64,000 nucleotides of DNA, taken from the IMG/VR virus record IMGVR_UViG_3300028840_003271, positions 1 through 64,000 of that record; one strand, given 5' to 3'. A program made the position numbers and the translations under genes. How positions within the stretch are numbered: the first letter of the stretch is position 1; the number at the start of each line of letters is the position of its first letter. Source of the stretch: a virus. Below are positions 28,095 through 38,653 of this stretch, piece by piece. The notes under the pieces are model-generated. The model did not search any database. It was given only the letters and a program-made list of their open reading frames with translations, and had not been told where the DNA came from.

Positions 28095-28826
28095 TTATTG
28101 AATATGAATAAACTTTTTATTTCTTCCTTTTGTATATTGTTTAGAAGGAAATGGTTTATTTCTAATTAGTGTAAAATTTGCTTTGTTGATTGTATAAAAT
28201 AATATTTTGTGTAAATTTAAGTATTTAAATAAAAGTGCTTCTACTACTATATTTTGGTTTTTGTTAAAATTTGGTGTAATTTGTGAGCAAATCCAATTGT
28301 AAAAATCTCCATATATTTTCATATTTTTTGAATTAGACGCTATAAGATAATCACTAATAGATTTTTTTCTACAATCTGTACAAATTAAACTATTTTTATT
28401 GTTTATAATTTCTTGTAAAGGGAAAATGGTGTCTAAACGAATATCAAATCGAGTACGAATAACGATGTCGTAATTACTTTGTAAAATTGTAGAAATACCT
28501 TTATAAACCTTATAATATTGAGCAACTAATGAATAAAATGTTACATAGTCTTGAGGAAATTTCTTTTTATTTTTATTTTCCCACTTCTCATAGTTTTCAA
28601 TATTTAAATATTTTGGTGTATATATTTTTTTAATTTCTTGTTTGTTAATTTTTTCCGTACTTAATCCACCAACTGTGTGACGCACGGTTTCATTTTTAAT
28701 ATTTCCTAATATGTTCCAAGTTTCAATAAATATGTCTACTTTATCTGGTGGAAAAGATTTTAATAAGGATTGATAAGTTTTTTTATATGTTCTCATTAAT
28801 CCTGTAAGTAGTAATGCTATTTTCAT
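28095..28826 (-). CDS. Putative glycosyltransferase, 'IRxRFD' family, paralog 2
   Basis: KIALLLTGLMR, DIFIETW, YDIVIRTRFD, ISD. Confidence 0.65.
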   Translation of the reverse strand: MKIALLLTGLMRTYKKTYQSLLKSFPPDKVDIFIETWNILGNIKNETVRHTVGGLSTEKINKQEIKKIYTPKYLNIENYEKWENKNKKKFPQDYVTFYSLVAQYYKVYKGISTILQSNYDIVIRTRFDIRLDTIFPLQEIINNKNSLICTDCRKKSISDYLIASNSKNMKIYGDFYNWICSQITPNFNKNQNIVVEALLFKYLNLHKILFYTINKANFTLIRNKPFPSKQYTKGRNKKFIHIQ

Positions 28827-29347
28827 GGTATAAATAATTTAGTTTCAATATAAATAGATGGATATTTTAGTTGTAAATATTGGATATGTTTAAGTATTTG
28901 TTCACTATCATCTATTATCCAAACTTTTTTTATTTTATATTTTTGGATTTGTTCTTCTATCCATTTTGCTTTAGCGTTCGATGGTGTAACACAGTTTGGA
29001 TGTCCTAATGTAACTATTTCAATATTATTGTTTATACTCATATATTGAAACAATTTTTTGATTGGTATATCGTTCCATCTTGATGTTAAAACAATAATTC
29101 TAGCATAATGACTTTTTTCTTGAACACATTTATGTAATTTGTCTAAATTTTCTACAATAGCATATTTGGTAATATATTTATCAAATTCACTAAAATCAAA
29201 CTGATCACCATGTTCTGGAATATAGTGTGTAAATTGTTGATTTGATAATCTTAGTTGTTGACCACTTGGTTTGTTAATAATAACATAAGTATCAATTATA
29301 AAAAGAGTATTATCAAAATCAAAAATAATTAATTCTGAGATTGACAT
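28823..29347 (-). CDS. HAD-superfamily hydrolase
   Basis: FDFDNTL, LTSR, K, IIDDS. Confidence 0.8.
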   Translation of the reverse strand: MSISELIIFDFDNTLFIIDTYVIINKPSGQQLRLSNQQFTHYIPEHGDQFDFSEFDKYITKYAIVENLDKLHKCVQEKSHYARIIVLTSRWNDIPIKKLFQYMSINNNIEIVTLGHPNCVTPSNAKAKWIEEQIQKYKIKKVWIIDDSEQILKHIQYLQLKYPSIYIETKLFIP

Positions 29348-29778
29348 GAGTGTTGTTGTATAATTCTTTCTTTAATATTACTACTTGATATTCCTACTGT
29401 ATATGGAGCATATATAATTTCAATATTGTTTTTTTGTAAAAATTCTTCTGTAATTCCTAATTGTTGTACTAATGATTCACCAACCCAATCATTACCATGT
29501 AAAATATATTTTGGTTGAAAAATTTCGATATACGTTTGTTGTAAACAATGTTCTTCCATTATAAAAGCAATATCAACATATTTACACGCTTGAACTACTT
29601 GTAAACGTTCTAACTCATTACAAATAGGATTTTTACCATAAAATTTAGCAAATTCGTCTCCATTGATAGATGCTACTACATAATTTGCTTTTGTTTTAGC
29701 AAACTTAAATATATTAACATGTCCGTAATGAAACAAATCAAACGTACCACCAACATATATAACTGTTTTAGATTTCAT
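29329..29778 (-). CDS. Cytidylyltransferase (TagD/RfaE-like, HxGH)
   Basis: GGTFDLFHYGH, ER, CKYVD, HGNDW, YTVGISSS. Confidence 0.9.
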   Translation of the reverse strand: MKSKTVIYVGGTFDLFHYGHVNIFKFAKTKANYVVASINGDEFAKFYGKNPICNELERLQVVQACKYVDIAFIMEEHCLQQTYIEIFQPKYILHGNDWVGESLVQQLGITEEFLQKNNIEIIYAPYTVGISSSNIKERIIQQHSCQSQN

Positions 29779-30653
29779 GACTTAAAATGACACCCTTTAT
29801 CATGGATAATATTTTCTTTTAATAATCCATATTGTACAACATTTGAATTTTCTATTGTTAATTTAGCACAAAAATCTAGATCTTTTATTCTACATTGATT
29901 TTTCCATTTATTTAGCAAAACGTACATAATAAAACTATCGTCCCAACGATTATATTTTTTAAAATTGCTATTATCGTATATATTGACAAATTCTTGTAAA
30001 AAAGTAAAACCTATAGGGCGTGTAAAAACAATAAAACCTGTTTCTATACCCATAGAATGTTTTTTTCTATGTTCTCCTAAATGATAACAGATGTCATAAT
30101 CACTACACAATGTATGTATTTTAGATGACATTTCTTTTTGAAACGTTACATCAGAATCTACAAAAATTAAGTATTTATATTGTTGATGATTTTTTACAAA
30201 TTCCAAAGCATAATTCATACTTAAAACTTTTTTAAACCATAAAAATAGTTTTTGATTGAAAAATCTAGCATTACTTGTTTTAAAAAATTTAAAATTGCAA
30301 TTAGGTTCGTGTAATAAAATTTTTTGCCAAGATGGTATTTCGTTATGTATAAAATATCTAATTACTTCTTTACACTTACAAAGTTCTGCTTCACCACCAT
30401 AAATTTTTGGAATAATTTTTTTGTGTTGTTGTAGAAAAGAATTAAACCAAGGTAGTTCCTCAAGTCTTTGGAGAAAAAATTTACGATTACCAAGATTGAC
30501 TAATGTTAATTGTAATCGCTTCAATAAATCGTCTTCATAAACAACGAATAAATCATCTTCTGCTTGTGTGCAAAGATAGGATTCAAGTAAGGTTTGACCA
30601 GTAAGATTAAATAATTTTTTATTAAAAGTGGTTACATATAAAATATTATTCAT
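29775..30653 (-). CDS. GT-A-like glycosyltransferase, paralog 1
   Basis: YVTTFN, WFKK, FVDSDV (DxD), IETGF, RWDDS, HDKG; paralogous to 40962 and 41991. Confidence 0.65.
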   Translation of the reverse strand: MNNILYVTTFNKKLFNLTGQTLLESYLCTQAEDDLFVVYEDDLLKRLQLTLVNLGNRKFFLQRLEELPWFNSFLQQHKKIIPKIYGGEAELCKCKEVIRYFIHNEIPSWQKILLHEPNCNFKFFKTSNARFFNQKLFLWFKKVLSMNYALEFVKNHQQYKYLIFVDSDVTFQKEMSSKIHTLCSDYDICYHLGEHRKKHSMGIETGFIVFTRPIGFTFLQEFVNIYDNSNFKKYNRWDDSFIMYVLLNKWKNQCRIKDLDFCAKLTIENSNVVQYGLLKENIIHDKGCHFKS

Positions 30654-31232
30654 TTATCTACTATTTATCCATTTTGCTTTTCGGTTCCACACAATTCCAA
30701 TACCAGCATGTTCTTGAATTAAAACATAAGGTTTGTCATAAACAAACATATAAAAAGCAGGATGAACATTTGCTCGTACACCACGACCTCTATGTGCTCC
30801 GTGTGGAAAACCACAATCATGAAAAATTATTAATCCATCTTGTCTTACCAAAGGTGTGTAATTTTGAATATCGTTTTCAACACCCCACAAAGTGTGGTCT
30901 CCATCAATAAATAATATATCTACTTTTTGACCATTTAATATTTTAACTACTTCGTTTTTAATTTTTGGTAGTTTAGAATCGCCTTTGATAAAATGAATAT
31001 TACGATTTTGAGACTTGAGTTTTTGAACTACATTTTTCAAATCTTGTTTATAAAATAAATCAACACCTATTAATATACCACGTTTATCAATAATTGAACT
31101 TATTGTATTAAGCGATTTACCATTAGCACTGCCAATTTCTAAATATATTTTCTTTTTTTCAACAGAATCTAAATATGGTTTTAATGTTGACCATTCCCAC
31201 GAAGTCATTGCTGATATATGTTTACATGTCAT
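30654..31232 (-). CDS. Methyltransf_24-type methyltransferase
   Basis: LEIGS, GDS, VDILFIDGDH, IIFHD. Confidence 0.85.
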   Translation of the reverse strand: MTCKHISAMTSWEWSTLKPYLDSVEKKKIYLEIGSANGKSLNTISSIIDKRGILIGVDLFYKQDLKNVVQKLKSQNRNIHFIKGDSKLPKIKNEVVKILNGQKVDILFIDGDHTLWGVENDIQNYTPLVRQDGLIIFHDCGFPHGAHRGRGVRANVHPAFYMFVYDKPYVLIQEHAGIGIVWNRKAKWINSR

Positions 31233-31983
31233 TTAATTCTTCCCATGCTTGACCATTTTTAATTTCATCATATGTCCATTGATAATATGCTAAATTTTTT
31301 ATCCATGACCTATCGTATATTGGTGATTCAATATTTTTGATACTACCAATTTTACGAGCAGAATTTGTTGTTATTATTGGTATACCTTCAATTAAAGCAG
31401 TAAGTTGAGCGTTTGAGTGGTCTGTTATAAATATCCAAGCATTTTTAAGCATTTTGTGTAAATTATTGAGTCTTTTTTCAGATACTAAAATTGGTCTATC
31501 TGTATATTTTTTTATCTCATTGATAGTGTTTTTTAACCAATTTTCAATTCCAAGAAATTTTCCCATAGGACACCACAATTTTTTGTTGTCCTTTTGCCAT
31601 ATTGTATTTGGTGGAGCAACTACAATATCACGACCATTTTTTTTCCAAGGTTTAAGTTTCAAATGAAATTTATTAAATCTATTGTTTGGAAAATTTTGTT
31701 TTCGTCCGTCATGGAGAATGTTGTTATGAACAATACGATAATATCCGTCAAACTTATTTACATTTTTACTTTTTCCAAAATATCCATGGTCAATATACCA
31801 ATATTCTTTTGATTGTTTAATACACTCTCCGCTTCCACGAAGAATACCATATGTTGCAATATTTTTTCCAGTAACATTACAACATTTTGATATTTTACCA
31901 CCGCAACCCTGAGCAAACGCTTTACCCAATTCAATACTACGATGATTATCAGTAATAATAGTTAATGGTATTAAATGTTTCAT
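31222..31983 (-). CDS. KpsS/KpsC-like glycosyltransferase, paralog 3 (divergent)
   Basis: YIDHGYF, LKPWKKNG, TDRPI, ITDHSN..ALIEGIP, LAYYQW..EI..G.AW. Confidence 0.6.
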   Translation of the reverse strand: MKHLIPLTIITDNHRSIELGKAFAQGCGGKISKCCNVTGKNIATYGILRGSGECIKQSKEYWYIDHGYFGKSKNVNKFDGYYRIVHNNILHDGRKQNFPNNRFNKFHLKLKPWKKNGRDIVVAPPNTIWQKDNKKLWCPMGKFLGIENWLKNTINEIKKYTDRPILVSEKRLNNLHKMLKNAWIFITDHSNAQLTALIEGIPIITTNSARKIGSIKNIESPIYDRSWIKNLAYYQWTYDEIKNGQAWEELNDM

Positions 31984-31994
31984 TTTAGTTTATA

Positions 31995-32522
31995 TTAAGA
32001 AATTCTTTGTAAAATAAATTGACCACATTTTTTACATCGTAAAATAGATTTAACTTTTTTAGTTTTAACTATTTCATCAACAGCACGAATTACTCCATAA
32101 TTTTTTGTTTTTTGCCAATAATCGTCTTCCGCTAAATATCCTCCAATTTTTACTTTTGGTAAATATGCTTCAAGTTCTGAATGAATTAATTCATAATTAT
32201 GAAATGTATCTAAATATACAAAATCAAAAAATTCATTTACAAATAAAGACGACACTTGAACAGAATCCTTTCTTAATATTGTAACATTATTAAGTGGTAT
32301 ATATTGTTGATATGTTTTTTCATAAATATCGTTAGCAGTAAGGTTTTGTTTTTCGTGTGGTTGAATCCATAAATCTATTAAGTATAAATGTTTTGGATTT
32401 TTGTCTAAAATTAAAGACGCATTTTCTCCTAAAAAAACACCAACCTCAGCACATATTGATCGAGTGTTAATATATTGAGTATATATTTGTTTTCTTTTTT
32501 TTCTTTTAAGAACTTCGTTCAT
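31995..32522 (-). CDS. Methyltransf_24-type methyltransferase
   Basis: AEVGV, IDLW, FDFVYLD..H, PKVKIGG..DDY. Confidence 0.85.
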   Translation of the reverse strand: MNEVLKRKKRKQIYTQYINTRSICAEVGVFLGENASLILDKNPKHLYLIDLWIQPHEKQNLTANDIYEKTYQQYIPLNNVTILRKDSVQVSSLFVNEFFDFVYLDTFHNYELIHSELEAYLPKVKIGGYLAEDDYWQKTKNYGVIRAVDEIVKTKKVKSILRCKKCGQFILQRIS

Positions 32523-33565
32523 TATAACATAGAATTTCTTGGTATATTTATTGCTTCACAACTTGGATAAGGATTTGATGGAGCAAAATCGTTGATAATT
32601 GTTCGACGAGGACATGTTTGAAACAATATCCTATCAGCTTTAATACCACATCTTTCTATTTGTTCTAATGTTTCTTTTTCAAATTCTCTAGTACGACTTG
32701 TTGTAATTATGATTTGATTACCTTGGTCATAAAGAGCATTAATATAGTCAATATTTGCTTGAATACCTTTTGTGGTTCCCCAATACGGTTCAAGATATTC
32801 TCCTGAATTTTCTACAAGAATTCCATCTAGGTCCACAAAAATAGTTTGAAACTGTTTTTTATATTGTAACCAGTCATCAAGAGTTCCCCAATCTTTGTAG
32901 TTTTGTACTTCAATAGTGTTGACGATATAGCCTCCATACAACATATAATGAAGAATAGTGGATAAATAAATATTAGAATGTTCTTTTGGATTTGTATTAG
33001 ATAATATTCTATAATAATCTTTACAAAACCTTTTAGCATTATCTATTGAATATAATCCACAACAAAACTTATCACTAATTACTCGTTTTTCAATGATATT
33101 TACAACCTGACCAACATCATTTACTTGAACATAACTTTTATTGGAAGGGTTGACGCTTAATAAATCATTTAAACTTACAACAGTAACATTGTTACCGTTT
33201 TGTGGCATACATTCAAAGTAATTATCACAATCCTTAATGTGTATTTGGTCCTGAATATTTTCTTGCTCAATAATTTTGACCACTGTTTCTGGTTGTGATA
33301 ACGTTGGTTTATCCAAAATAGAATATTTAACTTTAATAGTATCCAATTTTTTTTCTAATTGTCTCATTAATCGAGAACCAAACTTATACTTATCATAGTG
33401 TTCTCGAAGAACACCAATGTATATTTGGTCAATATTTTTTAAATCAATACCTCTTAAACTTTGTGTGACCATAGCATTACCATTTGGGTGAGTTAGTAAA
33501 TACTTTGGTCTCATATTGGGATATCTTGATGATTGTCCAGCACAAGGAACTATTAGTGTAGACAT
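32522..33565 (-). CDS. Nucleotidyltransferase-HAD phosphatase fusion
   Basis: PCAGQSSRY..PK, KDCD, EKRVIS, DWGT; C-terminal FVDLDG, TTSR, IIND. Confidence 0.8.
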   Translation of the reverse strand: MSTLIVPCAGQSSRYPNMRPKYLLTHPNGNAMVTQSLRGIDLKNIDQIYIGVLREHYDKYKFGSRLMRQLEKKLDTIKVKYSILDKPTLSQPETVVKIIEQENIQDQIHIKDCDNYFECMPQNGNNVTVVSLNDLLSVNPSNKSYVQVNDVGQVVNIIEKRVISDKFCCGLYSIDNAKRFCKDYYRILSNTNPKEHSNIYLSTILHYMLYGGYIVNTIEVQNYKDWGTLDDWLQYKKQFQTIFVDLDGILVENSGEYLEPYWGTTKGIQANIDYINALYDQGNQIIITTSRTREFEKETLEQIERCGIKADRILFQTCPRRTIINDFAPSNPYPSCEAINIPRNSML

Positions 33566-34341
33566 TTAATTTGCTCCAGTAAATAGTCGTCTGTTTCTGA
33601 ATTTGTAGAATATGGAATAATACGACAAAAATTGATAAATTGAAATAGTTTGTAATACTTATTATACCACTCAAACTGTTCGAAAAATTGAACAAGTTTT
33701 TCATCCATATAGTTTAACATTGTCTTTATTCTTGTTTGGTCATAGTCATCTGAACTCAAAAAACATTCCCAATGGTGTTTTGTGCTTTGACGAAGTTTTA
33801 CTATGTCAATTAATGGTGTTTCAATAAAACTATCGAGAAAATCAATAAGAACAATTTGATTTTTCAGTGTGTCAATTAAAATATTACTCAACGTACAATC
33901 CCCATGACATACTCCAATCGGTAATGTTAAAAATCCTGGCACACCAGTTGTTAAAATAGGTATTATATTGTTACATTTTTTTTCAATCGATTCGTATTTA
34001 TCCAGTATAATGTTACCATCAATGGTTTGTATTGAACTGTTCTGAATTTCATAATCAATAAACCGACAAAGTGTGGTGACTAATTCATCAACTTGTGATT
34101 TAGTAGCATAAATTAGAAATTGAAGAATGTTCACATGGTTGACATATTCCATTTCAATAGAATGAATTTCTTGAGAAATTGTTGGTACACAAAGACGAGA
34201 TGGTAAATCAAAATTAGAAAACTGTCGCTGTTTTTTTGCTTGAGCAATAAGACGATTAATGTCGTAGTTATTCGACGATGCTGATTTTATTACTTTACCA
34301 TCTTTAATCTCGATAGTGCAACCGGATTTTCCTTGAATCAC
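33553..34341 (-). CDS. APH/choline-kinase-like phosphotransferase
   Basis: GKSG, MEY, CHGDCTLSN, LIDF. Confidence 0.8.
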   Translation of the reverse strand: MIQGKSGCTIEIKDGKVIKSASSNNYDINRLIAQAKKQRQFSNFDLPSRLCVPTISQEIHSIEMEYVNHVNILQFLIYATKSQVDELVTTLCRFIDYEIQNSSIQTIDGNIILDKYESIEKKCNNIIPILTTGVPGFLTLPIGVCHGDCTLSNILIDTLKNQIVLIDFLDSFIETPLIDIVKLRQSTKHHWECFLSSDDYDQTRIKTMLNYMDEKLVQFFEQFEWYNKYYKLFQFINFCRIIPYSTNSETDDYLLEQIKCLH

Positions 34342-34919
34342 TTTCTAACTACTATATCATTATATAATTCTATATCCTTTTTACAATATTCTTTCACTTT
34401 ATTATAACTAGGTGCTAACAACCTTGAAATAATTTCATAATAAGGTGGATGAATTGTTGCTTTATCATGTATAAGAGGAATGTCTACTCCAAGTTTATCA
34501 CATATTATTTTCCAATTTCTGTCAATATTTTCTAATGTTCCAAAATGTATTCTTTCATCTAATTTACCATCAATAGTTATTTGAGGATACATTTGAGGAC
34601 ATTCAAGATATCCATTCTTATTTATCCACCTATCAAAAGTTACATCTGATGATAGATTATTGGGTGGTTTTCTAACCTGTTGTAAATAATAATAAAATGA
34701 TACAATACGAGCATATGGATGACGAACTATTGAAAACACAAAATAATTCCTCCATTGTTCGTATGTAAGATTTTTAGAGAAAAGAAATTTATGTTGTAGT
34801 GGACGATACTTTTCTCGTGAAACTCCAAGATGTTTAGCAATACTTTTAGTTATTGATGATCCACCACATTTTGCTAAGTGAATATAAATAACTTTGAGGT
34901 CTGGATGATTAACTATCAT
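34338..34919 (-). CDS. Sulfotransferase
   Basis: YIHLAKCGGSS, VRHPYARIVS, KDIELY. Confidence 0.85.
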   Translation of the reverse strand: MIVNHPDLKVIYIHLAKCGGSSITKSIAKHLGVSREKYRPLQHKFLFSKNLTYEQWRNYFVFSIVRHPYARIVSFYYYLQQVRKPPNNLSSDVTFDRWINKNGYLECPQMYPQITIDGKLDERIHFGTLENIDRNWKIICDKLGVDIPLIHDKATIHPPYYEIISRLLAPSYNKVKEYCKKDIELYNDIVVRK

Positions 34920-35457
34920 TTAATAAACCATATAAGTATTGTTTGTGTTTTTGTACATAAATATATTGTGATAATTGTTCTATCCACCATTTTTCTGGTT
35001 GAACTGTAAGGTGTAAATTTCGTTTATCTGTTAAATAATCATTGTGGTTGGTGTTTGCTAATCTATAACAAATTGAAAACACTAATCCTTTTGATACTAT
35101 TCTAACAAATTCTTTTAATACATCGTGTATTTCGTTTGGTAGTAAATGTTCCATAACATCAAAAGCTACTATCCACTCAAAACTTTTATTCTTAAATGGT
35201 AAATTATGTGCAAAAGCAATTTGGTCTGCTTGTGGAGAAGCAAAATCTACACCAACACATTTAACACTTTTTACTTTCATAAGTTTACAAAAACCGTTAT
35301 CACCACATCCAACATCTAAAACTTTTTTAGGATTAAACTTTGATATGAAAAAATCAATAAAATCTTTTCCATGAATATATTGTCCATAATGCGAACACAT
35401 TCCATAAAGCTGACGATATCTTTTTTGTTCTTGTAGTTGTTGCTGATGTAAATTCAT
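34909..35457 (-). CDS. Class I SAM methyltransferase
   Basis: VLDVGCG, LPF, FDVMEH, HLTV...WW. Confidence 0.85.
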   Translation of the reverse strand: MNLHQQQLQEQKRYRQLYGMCSHYGQYIHGKDFIDFFISKFNPKKVLDVGCGDNGFCKLMKVKSVKCVGVDFASPQADQIAFAHNLPFKNKSFEWIVAFDVMEHLLPNEIHDVLKEFVRIVSKGLVFSICYRLANTNHNDYLTDKRNLHLTVQPEKWWIEQLSQYIYVQKHKQYLYGLLNDS

Positions 35458-37160
35458 TATGTATGAATATTAAATTCAGACGCCCATAATCTTAAATAAA
35501 ATAAGGATACTCGTTTTTTCATATGATTATCAAACAAATGTAATATGTCGTTTGTATTTTTATGAAAACCTTTAGAGTTTATTTCTCGAATTTTTCTGCT
35601 TATAAACGGATGATATGACCAAGATTTTTTTGGAATTGACCAACCGGTTTTTTTCTTATTTAAAACAAAGTTTGGTAATTTGTTTTTATAAGTTTGCTTA
35701 CTTAAAATTTTAACATTTTGTGACCATTGATTTTTTTTCTCAAAAGGTTTATTTGTAATTTTGTGTATATAAGGAATATTTAAAACATATTGACGAACCA
35801 AATTTGTTGTTAATGGAAATCTGGCTTCCATAGAAAACTTCATTCCAAGTTTATCATTACGAATTAAATAATCTTCACAAAGTTGAGTATAACATTCAAT
35901 TAAAAGTTCGTTATTACGAATGTCTGGACCAAATAAATCTGAAGGATACCAAGACTGCATATATTCATTAATTCTTTTTGCAAGATGTAAATCACCCTGC
36001 ATTACACCATTATGATACCAATGTTTATATTGTGATTTACAATTCGTAGGTAATTTTGTGTGTTTGATATAACCTGTAAAAATTTCATCACCACCATCAC
36101 CAGATAATGTAACAATAATTCCTTGTTCAGACATATATTTATACATTAAGTAATATGCTGGTGTGTTAATATTAGCATGTGGTAATTCTAATGCTTGAAT
36201 TGTTGGAAGAATAGCGTCTACAAAATCTTGTATATTAATAACTAATTCTGTATGGTTACTTTTATAGTGTTTACTTAATTTTAACGCTACATCAGCATCA
36301 TCATTAAATACTGTCTCGTTTGTATCAAATCTTGTTGAAAAAGTATCCATTTGGGTAAATTGACTACCTTCATGTAAAATGGCAGACGAATCTAATCCAC
36401 CACTTAATAATAATGCTATACGACGCTTACCCATCAAACATCTTTTTACAGATGTGGAAATAATATTAGATAATTTATCAGGTTCAAAAGTTGAAGAATT
36501 ATCCAATTTAAATTTTACACTATTTTTTTTCTCTGTAATTTCTTGTTTTTGACAATCATATATTAAAATCTGTCCAGGATAAAGTTGATAGATATTTTCA
36601 ATAAGAGTTAATGGTCCTGGAACGTATCCTAAATCTTGATATAATTTAAGAGCAAAAATATCTAATTTACGACTAATATGTGGTACTGAAAGAATAGATT
36701 TCAAACTTGATGAAAACACTAATTTGTTATTTATTGTTGAATAATATAATGGTTTTGTTCCACCATTATCTCTAGCAAGAATAAGTTGTTTAGTTTGTTT
36801 ATTATACCAAGATATAGCATACATACCATCAACATTATTTAAACCATCAATTCCATTTTTAAAAAGATGATACGCTAATACTTCTGTATCAGTTTCGGTA
36901 ACAAATTTACAATCTGTTAAATTATTTTTTAAATCTAAATAATTATAAATTTCACCATTAAAACATAAAACATATGAACTAATGCTCCAAGGTTGTTTTG
37001 AAACCAAACTACTATCAGTAATTGATAAAAGATTATGTCCTAATGTTACATATTCATCATGATATATGTCCTGATTGTTTGGTCCTCGATGAATTGACAG
37101 GTCAATCATTTTTTGAACTTGTTCAATATCTTTGACTGTTATACCATAAATTCCACACAT
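35457..37160 (-). CDS. asnB: Asparagine synthetase-like glutamine amidotransferase, copy 2
   Basis: MCGI, HRGP, NGEIYN, TDTE, LSGGLDS, SGDGGDE, EARFP, KKTGW. Confidence 0.9.
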   Translation of the reverse strand: MCGIYGITVKDIEQVQKMIDLSIHRGPNNQDIYHDEYVTLGHNLLSITDSSLVSKQPWSISSYVLCFNGEIYNYLDLKNNLTDCKFVTETDTEVLAYHLFKNGIDGLNNVDGMYAISWYNKQTKQLILARDNGGTKPLYYSTINNKLVFSSSLKSILSVPHISRKLDIFALKLYQDLGYVPGPLTLIENIYQLYPGQILIYDCQKQEITEKKNSVKFKLDNSSTFEPDKLSNIISTSVKRCLMGKRRIALLLSGGLDSSAILHEGSQFTQMDTFSTRFDTNETVFNDDADVALKLSKHYKSNHTELVINIQDFVDAILPTIQALELPHANINTPAYYLMYKYMSEQGIIVTLSGDGGDEIFTGYIKHTKLPTNCKSQYKHWYHNGVMQGDLHLAKRINEYMQSWYPSDLFGPDIRNNELLIECYTQLCEDYLIRNDKLGMKFSMEARFPLTTNLVRQYVLNIPYIHKITNKPFEKKNQWSQNVKILSKQTYKNKLPNFVLNKKKTGWSIPKKSWSYHPFISRKIREINSKGFHKNTNDILHLFDNHMKKRVSLFYLRLWASEFNIHT

Positions 37161-37164
37161 AATA

Positions 37165-38004
37165 TTATTTCAAACGAGGTAATAATTTTGTTTCAGGATA
37201 AAATTTATGTCTTTTTTTACATAAACATCTTTTCCACGGTAATCTGACAATTTCTATATCATTTTTATCCAATTGTCTTTGAATAGCACGATGAGGTAAA
37301 CCCCACCCACCACATTCTTTATAATTGAAAAAAATTAGTCTATCAATATCTGAATATACTGATGTATATACACACATTGTATCCGATGTACCAATAGCTG
37401 TTTGGTCGTCTGGTCCAGAACCATATTGACACTTATTATCTGTTCCTTCAGGAATAAAAAGTTGTCCTTTTTGAGGTAAAAACTCTTTTTTTATTGGTTC
37501 AAGAAACAAGTTATCAAAACGATTTCTAATAACATAGTTATAATTAAACCCATGTTCTTCTTCATAAATCTGACGTAATTGATCAGATTTCCATATGTTA
37601 TAAAGCATTCCAAGCTGATTGTGTGCAATTTGACTACCACATATTTTACATTTGAGTGACTTTTGCTTACACTCACACTTCGTCATTTGTTGAAATTCAT
37701 AAAGTTTACATTGTTGTGCTAATTCTTCTTTTCTCAATAAAGTATAGTCTTCGTGGTTATATTGAAGTGGTTTATATAAATCTAATACTTCGTCAAAAGT
37801 TCCCTCGTCATTTGAAACATGTTTGTTTTGAGGTATAACATGGTTCCAACAACTTATAAAAGTGTCGATTTCATATTGCCACGACGACAGCACATCAAGA
37901 ATGTTTTGCTTATAATGTGGATAACAAGATTTGAACTCACGAGGAGCACCACTAAAACAAATTGCTATTTTTTTATTGGACATATCTTTGTAAATATTTT
38001 TCAA
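37165..38004 (-). CDS. Putative glycosyltransferase, 'IRxRFD' family, paralog 3
   Basis: KIAICFSGAPR, MLYNIW, YVIRNRFDN, DQTAIG. Confidence 0.65.
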   Translation of the reverse strand: MKNIYKDMSNKKIAICFSGAPREFKSCYPHYKQNILDVLSSWQYEIDTFISCWNHVIPQNKHVSNDEGTFDEVLDLYKPLQYNHEDYTLLRKEELAQQCKLYEFQQMTKCECKQKSLKCKICGSQIAHNQLGMLYNIWKSDQLRQIYEEEHGFNYNYVIRNRFDNLFLEPIKKEFLPQKGQLFIPEGTDNKCQYGSGPDDQTAIGTSDTMCVYTSVYSDIDRLIFFNYKECGGWGLPHRAIQRQLDKNDIEIVRLPWKRCLCKKRHKFYPETKLLPRLK

Positions 38005-38653
38005 ATAGTTTAGGATACTTACATTCTACATAATCACACAACCATTCTCGCTCAGCATTATCATATTTAGCAATGTGGTATTTGTGTTTTTGTTTCATAT
38101 TATATGTTCTACGACTACAAAATTCAGCATCTTGAATTTGTTGTTTAGTTATATTTTCATAGTTTTCCAGATTTAAAAACTTAAAAAGCGGATAAAGCTG
38201 TTCAAATCGACCAATAAAATCTTCATAATATAACAAAAGTTTACAATTTGGATAATTATCATATGCTCGGAGATTAACAAAGTAACTTTCAAGTGCTGTA
38301 GCATTTAATCTTGCTTTGAGTGGTTCATTTTTTCCGTAAGTTAATTTCTTATTTGTTCGTATATATCCATCATAAAAATCTCTCAAGAGAAGAATTATTT
38401 TATTATAACGATAGCTTCCGTCAATATTAAATAATGGTTCAATTGTTGGACGACCTATTTTATCTGTTCCTCTTACATCGTGAGTTCTTCTAATCCAAAA
38501 ATCTTCTTCTTTTTCTACATCATCGTATGCTTTATTTGTAACCAATTTGAGCATTTGACATACATAATTTGTGCCAGAACGAGGATATGCTACTATAATA
38601 GGTTTATTAAAATGTTGAATTGGAATTGTCGTTGTCACTGTTTCGATTTTCAA
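37973..38653 (-). CDS. Sulfotransferase-like protein
   Basis: VAYPRSGTN (5'-PSB), RTH, LLRD, LYYEDF. Confidence 0.7.
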   Translation of the reverse strand: MKIETVTTTIPIQHFNKPIIVAYPRSGTNYVCQMLKLVTNKAYDDVEKEEDFWIRRTHDVRGTDKIGRPTIEPLFNIDGSYRYNKIILLLRDFYDGYIRTNKKLTYGKNEPLKARLNATALESYFVNLRAYDNYPNCKLLLYYEDFIGRFEQLYPLFKFLNLENYENITKQQIQDAEFCSRRTYNMKQKHKYHIAKYDNAEREWLCDYVECKYPKLFEKYLQRYVQ

